From: Snowella sp.
GTDB lineage: Bacteria > Cyanobacteriota > Cyanobacteriia > Cyanobacteriales > Microcystaceae
Reading direction: 5' to 3'
DNA: 31,977 nucleotides
Assembly (NCBI GenBank): GCA_035285545.1
Contig: JAYKGY010000111.1
Location: 1-31,977, forward strand
Position numbers and translations under genes: made by a program. A model generated the notes under the pieces. That model searched no databases. It was given only the letters and a program-made list of their open reading frames with translations, and was not told the DNA's origin. Shown here one piece after another: positions 27,652 through 31,977 of the stretch; position 1 is the stretch's first letter; the number at the start of each line of letters is the position of its first letter.

Positions 27652-28329
27652 TTAATCTTTTTCTGATTCATATAAGGAAACTAAACGGGCAACAACAACT
27701 GCTAAATAGGAAGAGCCTAAAACGGCCTCCATATTGGCTAAAAACATCGCCCAACGATTGACCGGAATAATATCCCCATAACCAACGGTTGTTAAACTGG
27801 TAAAACTAAAATAAATGGATAGGTTCCAAGGCTTATATTGATAATCTCTGGGAATTGCTAAGTAAAATGCCTGGGGGTCGAGTTCCCAACATAACAGATA
27901 TAAAAATGACCAAATAATTCCGATGAGTAAATAGCCACAAACTGCAACAATGATGGTATCTACCTTGGCTTTTCTTGACTGTAAAAGTACAAATATCATT
28001 AATACCCAAGCATAACTAAAAAAAGCGATTCGGATAATAATACTCAGTGTTAGCCAGATAACTTTGAATTCGGGTAAAACTTGGTAAAAATATAGTAAAC
28101 TCTGGATAAAAGAAAGGGTGATAAAAATTGCTGAAATCGGAATAATTTTAAAGGGAAATAGGGCAGAATGGTAATAATGAATTTTGAGCGTAATTAAAAT
28201 CATGACCCCCACGAGAATTCCGCTACTCATGATTAATTGATAAGTGTTGTTAGCATTCATCATTGTCGCGATCGCCACAACTAAGCTAATCAAAAGAATA
28301 AGATGGAAATTTTTACTGTTGTGTAGCAT
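27652..28329 (-). CDS. Potassium channel family protein
   Basis: Pore helix and filter YFSFTSLTTVGYGDI.P, multiple TM segments, no cytoplasmic RCK domain. Confidence 0.88.
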   Translation of the reverse strand: MLHNSKNFHLILLISLVVAIATMMNANNTYQLIMSSGILVGVMILITLKIHYYHSALFPFKIIPISAIFITLSFIQSLLYFYQVLPEFKVIWLTLSIIIRIAFFSYAWVLMIFVLLQSRKAKVDTIIVAVCGYLLIGIIWSFLYLLCWELDPQAFYLAIPRDYQYKPWNLSIYFSFTSLTTVGYGDIIPVNRWAMFLANMEAVLGSSYLAVVVARLVSLYESEKD

Positions 28330-28570
28330 AATCCACTCTGGAAAAATCCGTCATTAAGCCGCGATCGCAGTCGTTTTAACCCAATATTTCAATACATCAT
28401 CTAAGCCAATGCTCGATTCGATAGAGGAAATTCTAAAAAAATTATGGAATACTCTAGACAGGGCATCAAGCGCGATCGCGATTCCCTCTATGCCGAAATG
28501 ATGACTGGTGTTTGACTGAATTCCCAGATCCATCATACCGATAACGCTTCTAAGACAATTAACTCAAATA

Positions 28571-30049
28571 ATGACAACCACACTCTCTCAACCGACCCGC
28601 TCCTACAGCCACGAAGATTGGCAACAAGGTTATACCTCCCAACTTCACGAAGATGCTTACTGGATTAACGACATTGAGGGAGAAATTCCCCAGGATTTGA
28701 AAGGAACCCTCTTTCGCAATGGGCCTGGCCTGTTTGAAATTGAAGGAATCCCTATTCGGCACCCCTTTGATGGCGATGGCATGATTACAGCCTTTAGCTT
28801 TACAGGAAACGGAAAAGTTCATTTTCGGAATCAATACGTGCGGACAGAAGGCTATGTCCAAGAACAAGCTAGCGGCAAAATGATTTATCGGGGCGTTTTT
28901 GGCACTCAACGACCTGGCGGATGGTTAAAAAATGCCTTTGATCTGAGATTAAAAAACATTGCCAATACTAACGTCATTTACTGGGGCAATAAATTACTCG
29001 CCCTCTGGGAAGCCGCCGAACCCCATCGTCTTGATCCTCAAACCCTAGACACCATTGGTCTTGATTACTTAGACGGCATCCTCAACCCAGGCGATGCTTT
29101 TTCCGCCCATCCTTGGGTAGATCCTCATAGTGAATTGGATGGTGGTGAACCTGTTTTAGTGAATTTTTCTTTAAAAACGGGGCTATCCAGTACGATTACC
29201 ATTTTTGAATTTAATCAAGAAGGAAAATTACTACGTCGTCACAGTCATTCCATCCCAGGCTTTGCTTTTATTCATGACTTTGCCATTACTCCGAATTACG
29301 CGATCTTTTTACAAAATGCGGTCAGTTTTAATCCCCTTCCCTACCTATTCGGATTCAACGGTGCAGGGGAATGTGTACACTTTCAACCCGATAAACCTGC
29401 AAAAGTCATTTTAATTCCGAGAAAACCACCCTACGACGAGGTCAAAATTTTAGAAACCCAAGCAGGCTTTATTTTCCATCATGCCAATGCCTTTGAAACA
29501 GAGGGCAAAGTTTATTTAGACTCGATTTGCTATAACTCGATTCCGCAAATTCAACCGGATAAGCCTTACAAAGCCGTGAATTTCGATGAACTCGATCCGG
29601 GTCAATTCTGGCGATTTACGATTGATCCAACTCAAAAAATGGTTCAACGGGAATTAATTGAAGCTCGTGCCTGTGAGTTTCCGACTTTAAATCCTGAGCG
29701 GGTCGGACGAAATTATCGTTATCTCTATAGTGCTGCTGCCCATCATCCAACGGGGAATGCGCCTTTACAAGCTATTCTCAAACTTGATCTAGAGACAGGA
29801 GAAAGACAACTCCACTCCTTTGCTCCCAGGGGGTTTGCAGGGGAACCCGTTTTTGTGCCCAAACCTGACGCAACCCAAGAAGATGAGGGTTGGATTTTAA
29901 CGTTAATTTATAACGCCGCTTCCCATCGCTCAGATTTGGTCATTCTCGATGCTCAGGATTTTAGTCAAGGCGCGATCGCGACTCTACACTTAAAGAGCCA
30001 TGTTCCCTACGGCTTACACGGTAGTTGGACATCGGAGTGCTTTGAGTGA
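28571..30049 (+). CDS. Carotenoid oxygenase (apocarotenoid 15,15'-oxygenase / Diox1-like, RPE65 family)
   Basis: GTLFRNGPG, HPFDGDG, four iron-ligand His (SAHP, FIHDF, FHHANAF, GLHGSW), EPVFVP and EDEGWIL. Confidence 0.93.
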   Translation: MTTTLSQPTRSYSHEDWQQGYTSQLHEDAYWINDIEGEIPQDLKGTLFRNGPGLFEIEGIPIRHPFDGDGMITAFSFTGNGKVHFRNQYVRTEGYVQEQASGKMIYRGVFGTQRPGGWLKNAFDLRLKNIANTNVIYWGNKLLALWEAAEPHRLDPQTLDTIGLDYLDGILNPGDAFSAHPWVDPHSELDGGEPVLVNFSLKTGLSSTITIFEFNQEGKLLRRHSHSIPGFAFIHDFAITPNYAIFLQNAVSFNPLPYLFGFNGAGECVHFQPDKPAKVILIPRKPPYDEVKILETQAGFIFHHANAFETEGKVYLDSICYNSIPQIQPDKPYKAVNFDELDPGQFWRFTIDPTQKMVQRELIEARACEFPTLNPERVGRNYRYLYSAAAHHPTGNAPLQAILKLDLETGERQLHSFAPRGFAGEPVFVPKPDATQEDEGWILTLIYNAASHRSDLVILDAQDFSQGAIATLHLKSHVPYGLHGSWTSECFE

Positions 30050-30100
30050 TGGCGTATCAATAGCAACAATGGGGCAGGAAAATCGCAGTATGGAGTTAGC

Positions 30101-31977
30101 TCACAATTTGATCCCCAATACCTGAGTATGGGCCCCTCTGGCTTGCGTTACCCCAATGGTACGTTCCGAGGCTTCGATCATGGGGCGACGTAAGCTGACC
30201 ACAATAAATTGGGCTTGCTGGGCCTGTTTTTTGACCATACGGGATAATTTTTCCACATTAGCCCCATCTAGGAACATATCCACTTCATCAAACCCATAAA
30301 AGGGCGAAGGGCGATACCGTTGCAGGGCAAAAATAAAACTGAGTGCGGTTAAGGATTTTTCTCCCCCTGACATGGAACTCAGACGTTGGACAGGTTTCCC
30401 TTTGGGATGGGCAACGAGGTTTAAGCCACCGCTAAAAGGATCTTCGGTATTATCTAATTGTAAATAGCCATCCCCATCGGAAAGCTCTGCGAAAATCGTT
30501 TGGAAATTGGCATTAACGGCATCAAAGGCATCTTTAAAGGAACGCAGCCTTAACGTAGTAAAGTTTTCCACCCGCAATAACAATTCCGTTCTTTCTGCTT
30601 CAATGGTGGCCAGTTTTTCCGATAATTCCGAAAGTCTCGCCTGAGTCTTTTCGTGTTCTTCTAACGCCAGCATATTGACGGGTTCCATTGCTTCGAGGCG
30701 TTTTTGTCCGTTGCGAATTTCTCGTTGCAAATTTTCTAACAGCGTGGCGTAATCTCCCGTTTCGGTATCAAATTCGGCCAATAGGGGAACTTCGGGCAGG
30801 GGATCAGGTAAGTCAGGCTGTTGGGCTGCGATTTGTTCTTGTAGATGGTTTAACGTAGCTTGCCGTTCCTGTTGGGTTTGCACTAATTTTTCCTGTTGCC
30901 AGGTAATTTGTTGCTGTTGTTGCTGGTGGGAACGTAGGGTGGCTTCTAGGCGATCGCGTTCCTGTTTGGTTTGGCCGAGTCGTTGGGATAACTGGGCTAA
31001 GAGGGTTTCAATTTCCGTAATTTTGGTATTAATCGCTTGTAACTCTAAGGTTACACTTTCCTGTTGGGTCGTCACGTCCTGAGCTTGATTTTGGGTAGAT
31101 TCAATGCGAGATTGGGACTCGGCAATCTTTTCCTCAAAGCGATGAACCTGATTTTGTAGATCCTTTAAATGGTTTTCCCCGTCGCGGAAGGCTTTTTCTT
31201 TAAGCTGTAATTGGGTTTCTTGGGATTTAATAACGGTCTGAATGTCCTGCCATTCTTGGTGGGTTTGGGAGCTTTCTAACTCATTTAACTTTTGCTGTTC
31301 CTGTTGTAATTCGGTTTCTAGACGCGGGACTTCCGCATTCAGCAACTCTAAGCGATCTTGGATAGTGGCTAAATCTTGATGACCTTGGGTTAACTGATGG
31401 GTTAATTCGCTCCGTTGTTGGGTAAGGCGTTGAATATCTTTTTCTAATTGCTGTAATCGCAGTTGGTCTTCCCTGGCTCGTTGTCGGGCTTCTGTCAAAT
31501 CCTGGGATAACTGTTTGATTTGAGCCGCTTTCATGGCTAACCCTTCATCGTTACGGGCTTGGATGCGTTCAATATCCGCTAACCGTTGCCTCAGCGATCG
31601 CAGTTCAGCCGAATCTTCTGCTTTAGTTGCCCCAAAACGAATGGAAGGACGCGAGGGTTTACTGCCCCCTGTCATCGCGCCACTACTTTCTAAAATGTCG
31701 CCATCTAGGGTAACAATGCGGTATTTGCCCAAATGGGGACGAGCGGTGTCTAAATTTTCAAATACAACCGTATTTCCAAAAATAAAGAGAAAAATATCTT
31801 GATAACGGTCATCACAATCCACCAAATTAACGGCTAAATCGATGTACCCCCTGGCATAGCTCAAATTGACGTTGCCTGGACGGGGGGGGCGAATTTTGGT
31901 TAAGGGTAAAAAGGTGGCTCGACCTGCTTTGGCGTGTTTCAATAGCTCAATGCCTGCGGCGGCAATGCCATCATCTT
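30101..31977 (-). CDS. smc: Chromosome segregation protein SMC (C-terminal half; 5' part lies outside the window)
   Basis: Hinge (GRATFLPL…IVTLDGD…GAMTGG), long coiled coil, signature MSGGEKSL and Walker B FDEVD..LD. The frame stays open to the window end (…DDGIAAAGIELLKH). Confidence 0.97.
   Translation of the reverse strand, partial: DDGIAAAGIELLKHAKAGRATFLPLTKIRPPRPGNVNLSYARGYIDLAVNLVDCDDRYQDIFLFIFGNTVVFENLDTARPHLGKYRIVTLDGDILESSGAMTGGSKPSRPSIRFGATKAEDSAELRSLRQRLADIERIQARNDEGLAMKAAQIKQLSQDLTEARQRAREDQLRLQQLEKDIQRLTQQRSELTHQLTQGHQDLATIQDRLELLNAEVPRLETELQQEQQKLNELESSQTHQEWQDIQTVIKSQETQLQLKEKAFRDGENHLKDLQNQVHRFEEKIAESQSRIESTQNQAQDVTTQQESVTLELQAINTKITEIETLLAQLSQRLGQTKQERDRLEATLRSHQQQQQQITWQQEKLVQTQQERQATLNHLQEQIAAQQPDLPDPLPEVPLLAEFDTETGDYATLLENLQREIRNGQKRLEAMEPVNMLALEEHEKTQARLSELSEKLATIEAERTELLLRVENFTTLRLRSFKDAFDAVNANFQTIFAELSDGDGYLQLDNTEDPFSGGLNLVAHPKGKPVQRLSSMSGGEKSLTALSFIFALQRYRPSPFYGFDEVDMFLDGANVEKLSRMVKKQAQQAQFIVVSLRRPMIEASERTIGVTQARGAHTQVLGIKL

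Larger units (their letters stand above)
1..31977. repeat. HIP1 octamer GCGATCGC dispersed throughout
   Basis: More than 40 copies by eye (e.g. 22676, 23758, 26001), where fewer than one would be expected by chance. Confidence 0.95.

Noticed and set aside
28354..28536. 60-aa minus-strand ORF upstream of the K+ channel, containing two HIP1 sites
   Set aside because: No recognisable motif in any frame. It could be a gene relic but cannot be supported.
499..31802. Numerous 60-116 aa ORFs nested in or antisense to long genes (e.g. 499-684, 18362-18649, 27085-27378, 28559-28909, 31533-31802)
   Set aside because: They overlap confident genes and show no family motifs.
1..31977. CRISPR array, tRNA, rRNA or prophage
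   Set aside because: No regularly spaced repeat-spacer units, cloverleaf motifs or phage genes were seen.

Overview
Chromosomal window from a cyanobacterium. It has more than 40 HIP1 GCGATCGC octamers, and PsbM and the apocarotenoid oxygenase closely resemble Synechocystis proteins as I recall them, so it is probably a unicellular Synechocystis/Merismopediaceae-like strain. Most of it is housekeeping and accessory core genes: TPR protein, PmbA, LarE, a histidine kinase, Ccb1, a metal ABC permease, DUF815 ATPase, rnhA, sir, an M14 peptidase, a CBS-PAS-GGDEF-EAL protein, mltA, a 2H phosphoesterase, a DUF433/PIN toxin-antitoxin pair, Uma2, ycf3, gatC, SRP RNA, psbM, a USP, a K+ channel, a carotenoid oxygenase and partial smc. 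The most interesting signals are not in the ORF track. (1) A 349-bp protein-less IS200/IS605 element at 9878-10226 (- strand) keeps both transposon ends and a TnpB omega-RNA-like scaffold, and has a candidate -10 and boxA-like motif. It is inserted in the last codons of the DUF815 gene, and precise excision restores a plausible C-terminus. (2) An IS3 relic lies next to it. (3) Sulfite reductase has a ribbon-helix-helix-like tail. (4) A Uma2 gene fragment ends exactly at a HIP1 site just upstream of the TA module. All calls come from reading the sequence by eye; no database searches were run.
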